From positions 88,598,001 through 88,662,000 of the forward strand of contig NC_088791.1 of assembly GCF_011386835.1 (NCBI RefSeq): 64,000 nucleotides of DNA, in the 5' to 3' direction. The position numbers were made by a program, and so were the translations under genes. This DNA is from Chrysemys picta bellii (taxonomy: Eukaryota). Positions 37,674 to 52,300 of this stretch are shown one piece after another. Numbering within the stretch: the stretch's first letter is position 1; every line of letters begins with the position of its first letter. A model generated the notes under the pieces. That model made no database searches and had not been told where the DNA came from. It was given only the letters and a program-made list of their open reading frames with translations.

Positions 37674-38410
37674 AATAACACAGATTTCTTATTGTAAATA
37701 AAATGTATAAATATAAAAAGGCCTGTTCAGTAGTCAGTACATTTTCTCTTACTGACAAACCAGATGAAAACGTCATTTTAATCCAAAGAATGAGCAAGCA
37801 ACTAATCATTATGAAAATAAATGATCAATTTGAATAGTGGCTGTAAAACATTCCAGTCACTTATTTCTGCTTAGTACTGAAGGGATTCATTATTCAGTGC
37901 TGGTTAATCTGACCATTGGAATCAATATAAAGAAATAAATGGAAAATCAACTATAAAAATGATCCTCCCGGTTAAAGACAAAGGGAACCTGTCGACTGTT
38001 AAAAGTCTTTCTGAAAGAAAAGGAACCTTTTTTGTATATAGCGTTTAGCTCACTGGAAACAAGTATTATTGTTACTGAATGATCTAATCTGAAAACTGTA
38101 ATGTAAATTGTGCTGGATAAAATCAGGTTTTTGTCTATAAGTATTCCATTTATTATTTGGGGGAAAAAAGAAAATATGTTGAATAAATTTAATTAAAAAC
38201 AGATGAGTGGCTTTGAAAATATGTTAAGTACATTTAATCCGTTAGTAAGAGAAGATTCACCAAGTGATGGTGAACTCAGTGAAGAACTGAGTGTGAAAAT
38301 CAGAGATGTATGTAGATTTACAGATCTCAAAAGGGGTACCGGCAGTACTTCTGTCGGTGGGGGAAAAGAGTCTGACCATGTGACCCAAATCCGGAATTCT
38401 AGACCCTCCA

Positions 38411-38495
38411 TTTCAAAGCGCGGGCTTTTCAAACTGCCCAATCAGAATTAAGAGTTCAAACTCAACGCTGTCTCAGATCAGCCCAATACCTTTGA
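38411..38495 (+). promoter_or_regulatory. Orphan CDE/CHR-like plus CCAAT module ~1 kb upstream of H1
   Basis: TTTCAAA-G-CGCG-GGCTT-TTCAAA-CTGC-CCAAT (38419-38442), followed by further TTCAAA, CCAAT and TTTGAA. Confidence 0.55.
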
Positions 38496-39292
38496 AATCA
38501 CCAAGAAATCTTAAGAACCATCCACTATTAACAAGGTCGAGGAAAAACAAACAAACCAACACAAAAAATAACGAACCAATCCTCCCCCTCCCCACCAATC
38601 AAACCGAAAAAAACGAAGTGCTCCTTAAATTATGTCGAAAGAGAGAGAAATTAAATTTCCAATCAAGGCTTTAAATAGAATTCATATAAGTGTTGTTTCT
38701 CATGAATTCTGAATTAAGTCACTGAGGCTAATTAGGTTGTAACGTCGTTTCAACCCTGGCATTTCATGTCAGCTCGGGCTCGTGCTAATCAGGTTACGGT
38801 TACCTTTTATTATTTAAAAGTGCAGCTCCGGTGTTGTCACGAAATCATAATTTAAATGATAAAAACGACAATAATAAATAATTCTTTAAGTTTCGAAGTA
38901 TACGCATTGTTCAACCGACCTCCAGTTTATTCTGTGGGAGGGTGTGCTACCTCTTTCTGTTTGAAATAGGTTTATAATGAACTCATTGATACAAATCACT
39001 CGCTTTCTTTCCTAATTAGAAGAAGACCGTCAAAGGAATAGCATTACATTATTTCTCTGATCTTTTTGACAAAGGGACATTTTTAATTTACAAAGAAAAA
39101 CAAAATGTTCTCTCTCTCGAGGTCCATCCAGCTTCAGTACTCAGAATTTATAATCTTTTCTTTAATGCAATTTCATTATTTTCTGAAGGAAACACTAATG
39201 GATGAAAATACCCTGTTTCAAATTCATTTGGCTGAGAAAAGGGATAATTTGGTGGCAAATATTGTGCAAAAAAATACACTTTATTGACTCCG

Positions 39293-39389
39293 AAGAAACA
39301 CAAAATGAGAGAGGAGAGACGAGCCCTTTCAGGTTTGCAGCTGGGCGGGCTCTTTAACGCACCAATCAGAGAGTGACCCCTCCCTATAA
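39293..39389 (+). promoter_or_regulatory. H1 promoter: AC box, GC box, CCAAT, TATA
   Basis: AAGAAACACAA 39293-39303, GGGCGGG 39343-39349, GCACCAATCA ~39359-39368, TATAAA 39384-39389: the classic vertebrate H1 order. Confidence 0.92.
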
Positions 39390-39456
39390 ATAACAGGCAT
39401 CAGACTAGTTCACTTCAGTTTATGTTTTTTTCCGATTTTGTTACGTGTCTGTGATC

Positions 39457-40113
39457 ATGTCTGAAACTGCGCCTGTAGTTGCAGCAGCAGCTGCCCCTGC
39501 TCCAGCCTCTAAGGCTCCAGCTAAAAAGGCAAAGAAGGCAGCCGGGGGTTCGAAACTCCGGAAGCCCTCGGGCCCCAGCGTAACCGAGCTGATCACTAAG
39601 GCAGTATCAGCCTCTAAGGAGCGCAAAGGGCTCTCTTTGGCTGCTCTTAAGAAAGTTTTGGCAGCTGGCGGGTACGATGTAGAAAAGAACAATAGCCGTA
39701 TTAAGCTGGGGCTGAAGAGTCTGGTGAGCAAAGGCATTTTGGTGCAGACTAAAGGTACTGGTGCCTCTGGTTCCTTCAAACTCAACAAGAAGCCTGGCGA
39801 AATCAAGGAAAAGGCACCCAAGAAAAAGCCAGCGGCAAAGCCTAAGAAACCAGCTGCCAAGAAACCCGCCAGCACCGCTAAGAAGCCTAAGAAAGCTGCG
39901 GCGGTGAAAAAGAGCCCGAAGAAAGCCAAGAAACCAGCGGCTTCCGCGGCTAAGAAAGCGGCCAAGAGCCCGAAAAAGGCCAAGCCCGCCAAGCCCAAAA
40001 AGGCAGCTAAGAGCCCGGCTAAGGCCAAGGCGGTGAAGCCCAAGGCTGCCAAGCCTAAACCAACCAAACCTAAAGCAGGAAAGGCTAAGAAGGCAGCGCC
40101 CAAGAAGAAGTGA
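39457..40113 (+). CDS. H1: Linker histone H1 (218 aa)
   Basis: MSETAP...[12 protein letters not shown]...GLSLAALKK...[13 protein letters not shown] plus K/A/P-rich tail. ATG is at 39457; the track's start is an upstream GTG. Confidence 0.98.
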   Translation: MSETAPVVAAAAAPAPASKAPAKKAKKAAGGSKLRKPSGPSVTELITKAVSASKERKGLSLAALKKVLAAGGYDVEKNNSRIKLGLKSLVSKGILVQTKGTGASGSFKLNKKPGEIKEKAPKKKPAAKPKKPAAKKPASTAKKPKKAAAVKKSPKKAKKPAASAAKKAAKSPKKAKPAKPKKAAKSPAKAKAVKPKAAKPKPTKPKAGKAKKAAPKKK

Positions 40114-40158
40114 AGCTGTTTGAAGAGAAAAATCGAATCTCGTGCAAACAAACCCAAC

Positions 40159-40198
40159 GGCTCTTTTAAGAGCCACCCACCCCTTCTCCAAGGAGCTG
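40159..40198 (+). terminator. Histone stem-loop plus HDE (H1)
   Basis: GGCTCTTTTAAGAGCC 40159-40174; AAGGAGCTG 40190-40198. Confidence 0.96.
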
Positions 40199-40523
40199 AA
40201 ACACCTAGTGTACCTATGCATCAAAGGTTGCTTTGGTAGAGGGCCTGGTTTTTTTACCTTTACAACATTCCAAAAACTCTATATAGTGTAAGAAACCACT
40301 GTAATACCTCCGAGCCAAAAACAATTTAGAAAAATCTAATGTTGGTTGGGTGAGGTTTTTTTTTTTTTTTTAATCCATGCTAACACGGATTCTAGCCATT
40401 ATTTAGACTTTTTTGTTAGAGCTCGTCCCGCTAGCAATTTAGAACTCCCTTCTCTCGGTCTATTTTGCCTAGCTGTTGGGAGTATATCACCGGTTAAGCA
40501 GTATGAATAGTTGTTTTGCGGGG

Positions 40524-40583
40524 ATTGGGGAAAATTTGAAAAGTCCGCGCTTTTGAGCAATTGGATAATTTGAAAAAACCGCG
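40524..40583 (-). promoter_or_regulatory. Orphan tandem CDE/CHR-like plus CCAAT module between the H1 and H2A 3' ends
   Basis: Two units TTTGAA-N5-CGCG (40535-40549, 40569-40583), each preceded on + by ATTGG. Confidence 0.55.
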
Positions 40584-40987
40584 TTTTACAACGATTCGTC
40601 CATGACGCGCCTCTTTCCCTTCCACCCTTGGGTTTGTTTGAATTCAGTGAATCCACTCCATTTACCCGTACAAATTAAATATTCTGGTGTGTTTAAAATT
40701 TACAGCAATTTTTCTAAATTTAATTCTCGCTTTTTAGTTAGATTATAACTAAACCATAGTTAGATTATAGGCGGAAATGTAGTACTCATGAAAATACATA
40801 AATCAGAATAGGAACACGGTAGAAAGAACAGAAGTATTAAGTTTTTAATAAACTAAAGAGGCAGTGATTAAAGCTTTAGCCCTAATCGGTCTACAAAAAA
40901 TTTCACTTAATGAAAAGTAAACTAGAGTTTACAACACTCAGAACGTGTTTTTTTAAAAGCATGTAATAGATTCGTGTATTAGGAACT

Positions 40988-41028
40988 CAACTCTTTTTCT
41001 GTTACTGTGGGTGGCTCTGAAAAGAGCC
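40988..41028 (-). terminator. Histone stem-loop plus HDE (H2A)
   Basis: Reverse complement GGCTCTTTTCAGAGCC 41013-41028; AAAAAGAGTTG ~40988-40998. Confidence 0.95.
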
Positions 41029-41056
41029 TTTGGGTTGATCTAGTATATGGTCACTT

Positions 41057-42168
<1,112 letters not shown>

Positions 42169-42195
42169 ATTCTATCAAAGAACATAAAACCCAAA

Positions 42196-42211
42196 GGCTC
42201 TTTTAAGAGCC
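42196..42211 (+). terminator. Histone stem-loop (H2B)
   Basis: GGCTCTTTTAAGAGCC followed by ACCCA; the downstream element is atypical (AACCGAGCTC ~42227). Confidence 0.95.
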
Positions 42212-43069
42212 ACCCAAATTTTCAATAACCGAGCTCAAAACACTGCTTTGTTTTCCCTGATTGGGGTAAGTGTGATTGTTCTAAAAATGTTACCTCACAG
42301 AAAATACATGTTTTAAAAATCTAATTATATCTTAACTGTTCCTAGGAAATGTACACTAAACATTTAAATCTCAATTCTTTGCGATGTCTAAAAGCTTTAT
42401 CGTTCGATCAAAGGTTCTCGCCTCAACTCTTACATACATGCTTGGAGGCATTCGAATAAAACATGAATGTGCCAGTTTGCATGCTTAGTAGTCAAAGCAC
42501 CTTGCTAGGTTTTTACTTAGCCAATCCCTTGTTGAGATGCATACATCTTGGTTTTCCGGAAAGTAAAACACTAACAGGACAGTAACTATTACTATATATT
42601 AAAGATTTCAATTATTTCTATTAAATCCTTAATTAAAAAAATATGTCGCTTATTTTGTGGGCGTTGGGAGGAAGGGATTGTAGGTTGTCACCCTTTAGAT
42701 AACCCCAAAGTGCAATATAAAATGGTATCGAATTCCCCACCAAACTTTCGGCATATGCTGTATAATTTTTCTTCGCTGTCGCAGTCTGGTGAGGTGGGAA
42801 TGTTGTAAGGAGGATGGAGGTATTCAGAATCACATATCACAAATCTGTCGCTTTCAAGCGGTGGGTGAGGGATTTAAAGAAAAATCAGCAGGCATTAAAA
42901 TAGGATTTTATTAAATTACTATGAGGACGTAATCGAGGCTATGTGGGCTAGAGGGAGCGCGTGTTCTGTGGAATCAGATGATGGAGGGCGCGGGCGCCGG
43001 AGGCGGTATAGGCATTACCAGAGGACAGAAAGAAGGCGGGAAGGGTCAATTCTTTCCCTCCCGGCAGAG

Positions 43070-43155
43070 CGCGGGCTTTTCAAATATTTAAAATTGTCCA
43101 ATGCAGTTTGCCTTTTTCCGCCAGCCAATCAGGGGGGAGACTTTGGTTATATATT
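43070..43155 (+). promoter_or_regulatory. H3 promoter: CGCG-N5-TTCAAA, two CCAAT boxes, TATA
   Basis: CGCG-GGCTT-TTCAAA 43070-43084; CCAAT 43098-43102 and 43125-43129; TATATA ~43148. Confidence 0.8.
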
Positions 43156-43211
43156 CCGGGGTTTGCTACAGCGCGTCTTGTTTGCCTTTGTCTGAAAGCA
43201 GGTTTTCATAG

Positions 43212-43631
<420 letters not shown>

Positions 43632-43676
43632 CATTTCTAATAGAGGGCGTTCATGCAACCAACTAAAAAACCCAAA

Positions 43677-43717
43677 GGCTCTTTTAAGAGCCACCACGTT
43701 TACACTGAAAGGAGCTG
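43677..43717 (+). terminator. Histone stem-loop plus HDE (H3)
   Basis: GGCTCTTTTAAGAGCC 43677-43692; AAAGGAGCTG 43708-43717. Confidence 0.96.
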
Positions 43718-44772
43718 TATTTCTGCTTTAATATTTGAATGGATTATACAAAATAAGAGTACCAAAAAGATTGCGGTCTACGAAGAAGTAGACGCATGTT
43801 TCGTTTATTGAAAAAAGTGCCTAGTACTAAACGACTTTTTTTTATTCATGTTTAATTTGGTTTAAGTTGCACCAGAAAGACACAACACTTTTTTACATGA
43901 TATAAGGAACAATCAGTTAAAACTTGCAGGTTACTTTGGCCACTCACATTTTCAGTGGAAGAACTCTGTTGGTAAGTGTAATAATCATAAAAACAAACAC
44001 CCACAGCATTTTTTTTTTACTTTCCACATTTCAGTTAGCTAGTTCAGCCCCACAAAGCCAAGAGTTAGCACAAAATGACGGTACTAATGACTTGCTGCTT
44101 GCAGTATCTATCCCTCTTCAGACCCCCTCTTGAAATCATGATTAATTTTCAAAGCGTGAATTTTTCACTTTATCCGTTTCCCATACGCACGCTGACCCGC
44201 AATGAAGAAAATATTTTTCACCCAGAGCAAAAATTACTGTTATGTCTTAGAACCCACCTTAAAAATGTTAATACTTTTTGGTTACTGGTTTTCTACCTGA
44301 CCAGTTCTATATCTACAGAATATAATTAATGATGTGAGATTACAGTCTTTTCCAGCTTTTTATCTCTTTCGAATTTAGCACTTACAAAAAGTTGCTACAC
44401 TTTGTTTTTAAGACCATATGTGTATATTTTATAAGAAATACATCACTGGCCCTGTCCTCATGAAAAGTATATGAATTGTTAAATGTAACGGGTATTTCAT
44501 ATTCTATTAAAACCAAACAAAAACATGGCTTATTTTTTTTTATCTGAAACCATGCTGTGTGAATGAGACAAAAATAAAATCTAAATCTTTTGCCTAATAT
44601 TTTAGTTATTGGCAGCTTTTTTATTTTGGGCGATTCCCTCTAAATTTCAGTATACTCTGTGGCTTTTGCAAAATAGTATAGGTTAAAAATAGAGAATCGG
44701 CCCTTCTGGTGGATGTTTGAGTGATTCCGGAAAGAGCATTTGTGTTGCAAATATGTTATTCGTAATGTGGAT

Positions 44773-45032
44773 TTAACCACCGAATCCGTATGAAATGTCC
44801 TCCGTTCCTGCCCTGTCAGAGCACAGCCCAAATCCATGTCTATCAGTCTTTTGCTGGGCGAGTTCAGCTTCAGTGTAGGTCCAAGAAAACCATCACGGAT
44901 CTCTTCCTAGATCAGTCACGAGATACGCTTCATGCCCCCAAGGTGAGCCAGGATGTTATCCCTCAGTCTGCACTCTGCTGTGGTGCTTTGCCGGGTCTTT
45001 TCCCAAACTCTTTACCTACGACCACCAGACGT
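44773..45032 (-). pseudogene. H4: Histone H4 pseudogene
   Basis: Minus strand ACGTCTGGT...GAGGGATAACATCC...GGGGGCATGAAGCGTATCTC...CTGATCTAGGAAGAG...ACCTACACTGAA...TACGGATTCGGTGGTTAA; ATG changed to ACG, indels; degenerate stem-loop AAATGCTCTTTCCGGAATCAC at ~44721-44742. Confidence 0.9.
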
Positions 45033-46120
45033 GAAAATACAAAATAATCATGGTCGCGCTTCATGACGCTACCCCTATCCCCGAAGTCTGACCCGAGGTA
45101 AAGATGGTAATTTTTGGCGCAATTCCCTCCCGCGCTTCCATTCTGTACGCAACTGGGTTGAGATTTCCCAAGGCATGCAATAAACTCAAAAATAGATTTC
45201 AGAGAAAACAATGCCCCATTTAGGATTCGAAAATCAATATCAAGTCCAGCGTTATAATTTCAATGGAAACTCACATATCCCCTTAGTCTTGGAGATTGCG
45301 TTAAATATATGACTCATAACAAGAACGGATTTCAAGATGCATTTTCTGTTACCCCCACCATACCCCTCCCCCATTTCCGGTTGATCATCTAAGAACACAA
45401 TTTTACAAGGTGGTGACTTGAAATTCCCAGCATATTTTCGTGCTTCCTCTAGTAGAACAATTAGCTATATTCTGTAAAATACACTTTTAAAAAATGAGGC
45501 CTATTTTATTCGTGTTGCTATTTGAGATTATGACCCGCTCTAGCTTTAGCGAAGGACTTATCTTAACTGCACATACCCTGTGCTCAAATCGATTGATAAA
45601 GTGCCGTGGAAGATTTCTAGGAGTAAATATATATACACGCACAAAAGGGGGATCAATTTCTACTAGCGTAACAATCTTTGGTGACCTTTCTTCACACTAG
45701 CTGTTGCTACTTTTTTGTTTTTGTTTTAATGCACCTTTGTTTCAGGAATTAGAACTCTGCAGCAAAATCGGACCAATCAGATTTCCTGACACACCATCTT
45801 CCTTTCACTGCATTCTGTGTTTTACCGTCGCCATTTCTAAAGTTTAATCAGAGCGGACTAATCTGAAAAATAAAAATAAAATAATCCAAATCAAAAGTGC
45901 TTGCCTGGTGTTCCATTGTCTTGACAGTTTGTCCTGTCACTTCTGAATATATGAATAACGTGTTCCCACTCGCTCTTCCCCCTCCCCCCACGTCGCTGTT
46001 GAATATCTGCTGGTCTAGGAGATTTGATTGTTTTCATCTGAGTGAGAGATATTCTTGTAAATGACACATTCACAGTGGGAAAATATATTTAGAAAAAAAC
46101 ATTAGCAGGCTTTTGGGCAC

Positions 46121-46770
46121 TGTGACACTTCAGGGGTTAACCGAAATGTACAGGATGAATCACTACCACCCAGTTACAGTGTGAGAGAGCCTTGTCTGTG
46201 CTCAACAGGGGAAAATCCTCCCAACTCTGCTATCTCAATGGGGAGATGGCAGCATAAGCACTCCACTCCCTGGGCTCTGTGTATGAACCCTACTCTTTTC
46301 CTCTGCAGGCTAGCAATTAGCACATCCCACCTTGTTACACTTCAGTGCCCAATCCCTTTTCCTCCTGGCACCCACAATGTACACCGATCTGCTGTCTCTG
46401 TGTGTCCCAGCTCACCACTCTCTCTTCAGTTCAACACTCTCTTTAGTGCAAGGCACTTGGACGTGTCTATAGTAAAGCTAAATATAAGTTTATTTAATTC
46501 AGTTTAAGAAAATTATCCAAAATAGATGTAAGTAAAATGATTGGAAACACCAAGCTACAAATAAAAGAAAAAATATAAAATACAATCTAGAGCCTGCTTA
46601 TTAAATTCATGTCCAATGTAATAAGGTATTTCTCTCGTAATGGTCAATCCTTTCAGTGCTTGTCCAGTCTAGATAGTTGGGATCCACTTTTCAGTAGACA
46701 CTCCTGATGGCAGAATGCCACATGCATAATGGATAACATCTTGCACCCTTTCTCCTTCTCCTATATAGTC
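46121..46770. mobile_element. Truncated Gypsy-type LTR fragment
   Basis: Begins TGTGAC like the LTRs at 48361/53656 and has similar internal motifs (GTTTATT, TGGGAT, CTATATAGTC); abuts DIRS sequence at ~46770. Confidence 0.5.
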
Positions 46771-49321
46771 CCAGACTATGGCTACGGCCATTACAATGAG
46801 ATGTAGCTCATGGCTACACGTCTCGGGACTCCCAGCGGAGGTCCAGAATACAATACAGGAGCTTCCATTTGACAATGCGGGGCTGTTCGCTGACAAGATG
46901 GACTCAAGACTGCACAGTGTGAAGGACTCACAAGCAACCCTCAAGCCTCTGGGAATTCACACGCCAGCACCCCAGAAAAAGCCCTTCAAGCCCCATCCCC
47001 CCTCATGCTTCTATTCAGGGCCCCTTAGGCAGGACTATAATCGACGGGGGGCAGAAACAACAGGAGGGGTCCTCCACAGTCTTTCTCTGGAGTTCAGGAA
47101 CCAGATTGCGCCTTCGCCCCCTCCAGGCTTGGTTGGCGAAGGTATACAGACCCAGCTAGGGCCCTCTGGACAGATTGGTTACCCTCCTGCCCCCGATTCT
47201 TGAGTCCCTCAGCTGGTGGCTACAACCTCAGATGGTCTGTGTGCGGGAGTGCCCTTTGCCAAACCTCAGCCCTCACTGTTGCTGGTCATGGACACATCAG
47301 AGATGGGCTGGGGAGCGCACCCGGGCAGTATCAGAACTCAAGGCCTGTGGTCACAACCAGAACTATCGCTGCATATCAATGTCAGAAAGCTGAGAGCTGT
47401 TTGCCTGGCTTTCCAGACGTTCCAGGCCCATCTTCAGGGCAAATGTGTCTCAGTGATGACGGACAACACCACAGCGATGTTCTATATGAACAAACAGGGT
47501 GGTGCTCGCTCTTCTCCCCTGTGCTAGGAAGCTCTCCGACTGTGGGATTTCTGCATCGCACACTCCATCCAGCTGCAGGCCTCATATCTGCCGGGAGCAC
47601 AAAACGAACTAGTGGACCACCTCAGCTGCTTGTTCAACACTCACGAGTGCTCACTCAGAGCGGACATTACCCTTTCCATCCTCCAGAGGTGGGGCTATCC
47701 CCACATGGACCTGTTTGCGACGCAGAGCAACAGAAAGTGTCAGCTGTTCTGCTCCTTTCAGAACCACAGCCACGTCTCCATAGCAGACGCTTTTCACCTC
47801 CCGTGGATGGGTCACTTGCTATATGCATTCCCGCCCTTCCCTCTCATACACAAGATCCTCCTCAAGGTCCAGCTGCTCAGGGCTTTGGTGATACTCATAG
47901 CACCAGCGTGGCACCGCCAGCTCTGGTTCACCTTGTTGCTGAACCTATCAGTGGCTAGGCCAATAGCCCTTCCTATGCTCGCGGACCTCATCACGCAGGA
48001 CCACGGTCAACTACAGCACCCCAACCTGGCGTCCCTCCACCTCATGGCGTGGAAACTCCATGGCTGAACCCGCTTGAACTACAGTATTCGCTTTAACGTT
48101 TAACGCTTGAACTACAGTATTCAGACCCTGTTAGGAAAGTCCTATTGGGGAGCAGGAAGCTCTCCACTTGCACAACGTACCTGGTGAAGTGGAAGCGTTT
48201 CTCCATTTGGTCCCTACAGAAAGGTACCTCCCTGCAGAAAGCCTCTATTCTCCTTCTGCTAGACTACCTTCTGTATCTGAAGCAACAGAGGTTGGAGATA
48301 TCATCTATTAAGGTGCACCTGGCTGCCATCTTGGCCTTCCACTCAGGTGTAGCAGGTAGGTGTGACAATGCGGTTCTGGCGGAACCCAACTGAGAGTGCC
48401 AACTCAGGACAAATTGCTCAAACAGGGCAGTTACAGCCCAAGGCTGGGGTTTTTTCCACCTCTAAGGCAAACCAAACCAGCCAGACTAAGAGGACTCCAG
48501 TCTCACCCCACTGGCTAACTGCAAGTCTCACAAGCAATCTCCTTAGACACTCCAGTTTCCCAGTATTACCACCAGTACCACTCGTTATGGGGACAAATGG
48601 TTATGAAAACCAATACCCCAGTAAAAGAAAAAGGTTCTCCTGATCCCAAAGGACCAAGCCCCAGACCCAGGTCAATATACAAGTCAGATCTTACCCACAA
48701 ATCACGCTGTTGCCAATCCTTTAGAATCTAAAATCTAAAGGTTTATTCATAAAAGGAAAAAGATAGAGATGAGAGTTAGAATTGGTTAAATGGAATCAAT
48801 TACATACAGTAATGGCAAAGTTCTTGGTTCAGGCTTGCAGCAGCGATGGAATAAACTGCAGGTTCAAATCAAGTCTCTGGAATACATCCCCAGCTGGGAT
48901 GGGTCCTCAGTCCTTTGTTCAAAGCTTCAGCTTGTAGCGAAGTTCCTCCAGAGGTATGAAGCAGGATTGAAGACCAGGTGGAGATCAGGCATCAGCCTTA
49001 TATAGTCTTTCCCAGGTGTTCTTACTGTGGAAAATTACAGCAACATGGAGTCTGGAGTCACATGGGCCAGTCCCTGCATACTTTGCTGAGGTACAAGGCG
49101 TATCTGCCTTCTCTCAATGGGTCCATTGTATAGCTGATGGTCCTTAATGGGCCATCAAGCAGGCTAGGCAGAGCTAATCTCAGCTTGTCTGGGATGTCAC
49201 CCAGAAGCATAGCATAAGTTTGCCATACAGACAGTATAGAGCCAATATTCATAACTTCAACTACAACACTGATACACACATATAGACAGCATAATCATAA
49301 CCAGTAAACCATAACCTTGTC

Positions 49322-52300
49322 CTAGACACCCCATTTGACCCCCTTTATACAAGATTTGGGTGCCACTACAGGACCTTGGTTGCAACAATGATCTATATGG
49401 TCCCAGTTTATGTCAATAACGTCACACCCCCAACGCAAAATTGATGCAGGAAGGGATGACACAAACATCACTGACTGCATCCCAAGAGCTCCCCATCCTG
49501 GGTTCTGTCTCACTACAGCTAGTATTGGGTTAGAAGCCATACCAGTGTATAACAGAAACGGTTTATCAAAATCATGTTCAACCACATGATTGAACCTCTT
49601 TACAAACTCAAGGTAACACTTAGTTAGAACAATAGTGGATTGGATCTGCTCTGGCAGCATGGTTCCTGTATGTGCCATGTGATCTTGCCAAGAGCTAAAG
49701 AAAACTGCTACTTTATCCATACAAGCTCGGGCCAATGTTTGGAACCCAATTAACATCGAATAAATGCAGATATTAATGTTCTTCATAGTCCAGGAATCTT
49801 GGCATTTAGCCATGAAAGCAATATGGTAGTGTGCCTCAGTCTTCCTTTTCATATAGCACATTAGGTCTGGAATGTTCTTTCCCCTGTGAAAAGTTCCCAT
49901 ATTGTTTATATGCATTGCCTGTGAAACCCCAGTGTAACAAGGCCTTTTAACATAATGTGTGTTTTCATGTATTCCTTTTAACATGTCCAAGGGATTCTCC
50001 AAAAGATTAGGCACATTGTATATTTTTACAGTTTGTGGCAATAGCAACACATTAATTACAAAATTTAGCAATAACAACAAGTTCATTGCAAGTGTCCATC
50101 TACAGTCATGCTTGTCATGCCACCCCTTTGGCTCAATACCATTGGAGTTTGGGCATTTTAGGGTTAACCTGTGGCTTCCCTTTGCAAAATTCAGTTTTCT
50201 CTTTCCTCCTTGTCCTGCAGGATCAAACCCTGATTTCTCTTGCTTAACAGAATTCACTGGCTGATGGGGTGGGCCCTCTTCGCTAACAGCTATTAGCAAG
50301 TTCTTCCTTTCCCAGCCAGTCAAGTAATTTGCACTACCCCAGACCAGAGCCAATCCACCAGTTTTCATATTCGCAACTGCTATCATCTCCAAGGCTGGAC
50401 TCTGTCTTAAAGAGATACCACACAAATTCAAAGAGTCTGCGGGTGAGAGTTTGCTTGCTCTCCCCCGCATCCTCAAGCATTCAGCCATAAAACTGCTCTG
50501 CTCTGACACATCAGTAACCAAATCTGTCCTCAAACCCTGAAGCACAAACTGCTCATTTAAAGAATCAGAAAGGAGACATTCCTGTTCCAACACCATTGTC
50601 TCCCCAACAAGTTGGCCCCACACAGCCACTTGGTTATAGGGATGCCTCAATTCCTTAACAACTTTTACTTCCTCTGAGACCTTCTCAAAGCTACCCACAC
50701 TGGATCTTTTACAAGGAAAGTTAGTGGATCCCTTCACAACAGACAATTTTTGGCTGCTAGGAACTGAAACTTCCTTGATTAAATCACTCTCACACCCTTC
50801 AGTTGCAGGGAACTGCTTGCACCGAGTACCATGAGGATTCCTTTCTCCAGGAGCTTTTCTAAGCAGCAATTCACCCCTCACAGAAATTCTGCCCTTACCC
50901 TCTTCACCTAGGGCTTGCTCTAAAGGCACACTTTCCTGAGCAACAACAGACTCTGTCTGGGTCTTACTTACATTCAGGATCACCTTTGGCCCATCAGGCA
51001 GATTTCTATACAATCCCCTTTCAGGCGAACCCATAGACTTCCTAGATAAAAGGTTAGAAATACTTCCCTTCTCTTTGCCACACACAAGCTTAGGAATTTT
51101 TTCCTTTTTGCTACAAGTTGTTAAACTGTCCGTAGGTAACACAACCAAATTACCTTTCGGCTCTCCTTGTGCCCTGGCTAGGGTATCACCCTGATCAGAC
51201 AGAGTTGTTACACCCTTCTCCAACCACACATGAGCAACAGGCAAAATACAAGCACCAGAATTGTTTGGTCTCTGGGATTTTGCTAAGCCGCTAACTGGAT
51301 GCAACCTAGTTACGGGGCCATTCTCCCCAGCAGATGCAAACTTAGGACCATTCCCTTCCTGGGCTTTAGTTGAATCCAGAACCAACTCTGAGACAACTAA
51401 ATGACTCTCAACCATCACAGGCCGAAAGGCACCTTCTGTCTGCTCCACAGACAAAAAAGAGTTGGAGACGCATTTTCCTTTACTAGACATACTGTTTGGG
51501 ATTTCATTTCCCTTGTCCCAGCACACCGGGCTGTTCACAGACAACTGCTTGGAGACTGGGGTAGCTTCCTCCATAGGCAAGTCAATACCCCTGACAGACA
51601 CAGGCACATTTCCTTCACTGTCACTATTCTTCGCACAGGAAACAGATAAGGTATAGGGACACTCATCTTCCACCCTCCTTGCCTTCCCAAACTGCTGACT
51701 AGATAAAGCCATCAGCTCACAAGACTGCCTAGGCTCATCCAAAATCTCCTTGTTCTCCTCTCCCTTCACTTGATCTAATTCCAGATTTACTTCTGAGACA
51801 TTAGATAGACATTCAGAAACTTCATTCACAGCCAAACAGCTACTTTCCAAAGACAAAATTTTGGAGAAACCCTCCATAGGCACAACCTTAGGATCAATCC
51901 TCTCTTGTGCCTGGTTTGTATTAACTTGACTGACCATAGCTTTAATATCATTTCCAATCATAATATCCTTAGGGATTATGTCTTTTACTCCCACAACCAT
52001 GGTGCCCTCAAATCCCTTCCATTTCAGGTGGATTTTAGCCAAAGGCACCCTGACAAAATACTTAGATAAGGCTACAACAGTTACATCTTCACCTGGCAAA
52101 TAATCTTCCTTCCTGACAAGACTTGCTTTAACCAGAGTAATATCTGCTGCGGTGTCCCTCCATGCCATACACCTCACTCCATTCACTTCTGCACTGCTAA
52201 TAAACTCTGCATTATTTCCCCCATATTTAGCTTTAATGTGAGTTTTAAGGTTAAATCCTTCAGAGACAACAGAAACAGCATTTGCACACAGGGCACCAAT

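Noticed and set aside
39445-39456. N-terminal extensions of H1 (and of H3 at 43215-43220) shown in the ORF track
   Set aside because: They start at GTG codons; canonical ATG starts follow at 39457 and 43221.
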